DNA from: a virus
Lineage: Duplodnaviria; Heunggongvirae; Uroviricota; Caudoviricetes
Reading direction: 5' to 3' (one strand)
DNA length: 36,648 bases
IMG/VR virus record: IMGVR_UViG_2675903330_000001
The notes under the pieces: generated by a model
Seen by the model: the letters and a program-made list of their open reading frames with translations, nothing else
The model's database searches: none
Told to the model about the DNA's origin: nothing
Shown: positions 36,496-36,648 of the stretch, piece after piece
Position numbering within the stretch: position 1 is the first letter of the stretch
Layout: the number at the start of each line of letters is the position of its first letter
Position numbers and translations under genes: made by a program

Positions 36496-36648
36496 GGTAA
36501 TGACTCCAACTTATTGATAGTGTTTTATGTTCAGATAATGCCCGATGACCTTGTCATACAGCTCCACCGATTTTGAGAACGACAGCGACTTCCGTCCCAG
36601 CCGTGCCAGGTGCTGCCTCAGATTCAGGTTATGCCGCTCAATTCGCTG
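36496..36648 (-). mobile_element. insB: IS1 (partial; insB-proximal inverted repeat and 3' end of insB), continues beyond the window
   Basis: GGTAATGACTCCAACTTATTGATAGTGTTTTATGTTCAGATAATGCCCGATGAC ... is the reverse complement of the IS1 right end; the minus strand encodes the InsB C-terminus (...[20 protein letters not shown]...). Confidence 0.9.

Overview
The window holds about 1.9 kb of Escherichia coli-type chromosome (tRNA-Ser serX on the minus strand, ghrA, and the 5' part of ycdX) followed, from about position 1889 to the window end, by a roughly 34.6 kb AT-richer lambda-like siphovirus prophage inserted inside ycdX. The prophage carries a Nu1-like small terminase, a gpA-like large terminase, a lambda-family portal, a prohead protease-scaffold-major capsid fusion, a side tail fiber with a C-terminal intramolecular chaperone, tail tube, G/GT chaperones, tape measure, minor tail proteins, a gpI-gpJ fusion central fiber, a lysis cassette and a large serine recombinase. 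The window ends in a partial IS1 whose terminus sits a few codons into the integrase, upstream of the catalytic serine, so the prophage is probably locked in place. Three stretches are not explained by standard phage functions and are the best candidates for something undescribed: (1) a roughly 6.5 kb cargo island between the small and large terminase genes, containing small membrane peptides, a minus-strand HTH/339-aa/coiled-coil module, an iteron array, a hairpin-rich non-coding stretch and tandem 70-bp repeats; (2) three tandem paralogous genes of about 100 aa between the side tail fiber and tail tube genes; (3) a two-gene cargo (acidic protein plus a Cys-rich protein with a GIY-YIG-like C-terminus) between the lysis cassette and the integrase. 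All protein assignments rest on motif recognition by eye and on gene order; no database search was run, and every family name needs HMM or BLAST confirmation. The host gene sequences were matched from memory.
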